NCBI GenBank assembly: GCA_035221665.1
Contig: CM069137.1
Span: 18,910,001-18,974,000 of the forward strand
Length of the DNA: 64,000 nt
Reading direction: 5' to 3'
Source of the DNA: Okamejei kenojei
Taxonomy: Eukaryota
The notes under the pieces were generated by a model. It worked only from the letters and a program-made list of their open reading frames with translations. It had not been told where the DNA came from and searched no databases. Positions within the stretch are counted from its first letter, which is position 1. Each line of letters starts with the position of its first letter. Position numbers and translations under genes: made by a program. Positions 63,831-64,000 of this stretch are shown piece by piece.

Positions 63831-64000
63831 CGCAAAAGTTTTCTCTGTGATAGAATAAAGTTTTTATACCTCTGCAAATGACCGTGACGGTCTCCTCCTT
63901 CCAACATATGGGTGGACATTGGGCTGTGATGGGTAATAATACCTTCTCACCATACCCCTGCCTCTGCTTGTTCCCGCTCCTGAATCAAACCCCCTTCTCA

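Larger units (their letters stand above)
60457..64000 (-). mobile_element. DIRS1-type tyrosine-recombinase retrotransposon (3' 3.5 kb; continues beyond window)
   Basis: RT-RNase H-MT-like and YR ORF remnants; terminus 60457-60521 is complementary to an internal region 60671-60742 (ICR). Confidence 0.93.

Noticed and set aside
1-64000. CRISPR array, prokaryotic operon or intact host gene
   Set aside because: No regularly spaced repeat-spacer array; all recognisable ORFs are disrupted vertebrate TE ORFs.

Overview
Eukaryotic, AT-rich, repeat-dense sequence with no recognisable host protein-coding gene. The repeat set (tRNA-derived SINEs with CR1-type tails, CR1 LINEs with (CATAGAAA)n tails, Penelope-like elements, Rex1/Babar, L1/Tx1, IR/DR Tc1, a Gypsy LTR remnant, a DIRS1-type tyrosine-recombinase element) suggests a cartilaginous fish, probably a skate or ray; this is inference. 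Every convincing ORF is a decayed transposon ORF. The most notable system is a large family of ~100-230 bp elements derived from the terminal repeat (pLTR) of the local Penelope-like elements. They carry a minimal type-I hammerhead-ribozyme core (CUGAAGA-stem II-GAAA-CG-UC), often occur as head-to-head fold-back hairpins, and have their own 13-16 bp target-site duplications (TSDs), so they inserted as independent units. Other features: clustered loss of the ribozyme core in a young PLE copy, a DIRS end joined to its target through microhomology, an inverted-LTR Gypsy remnant, an old 120-bp inverted repeat, repair-scar-like palindromes, and repeat-free islands that may be conserved enhancers. 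Coordinates and identities were read by eye; boundaries without TSDs are approximate.
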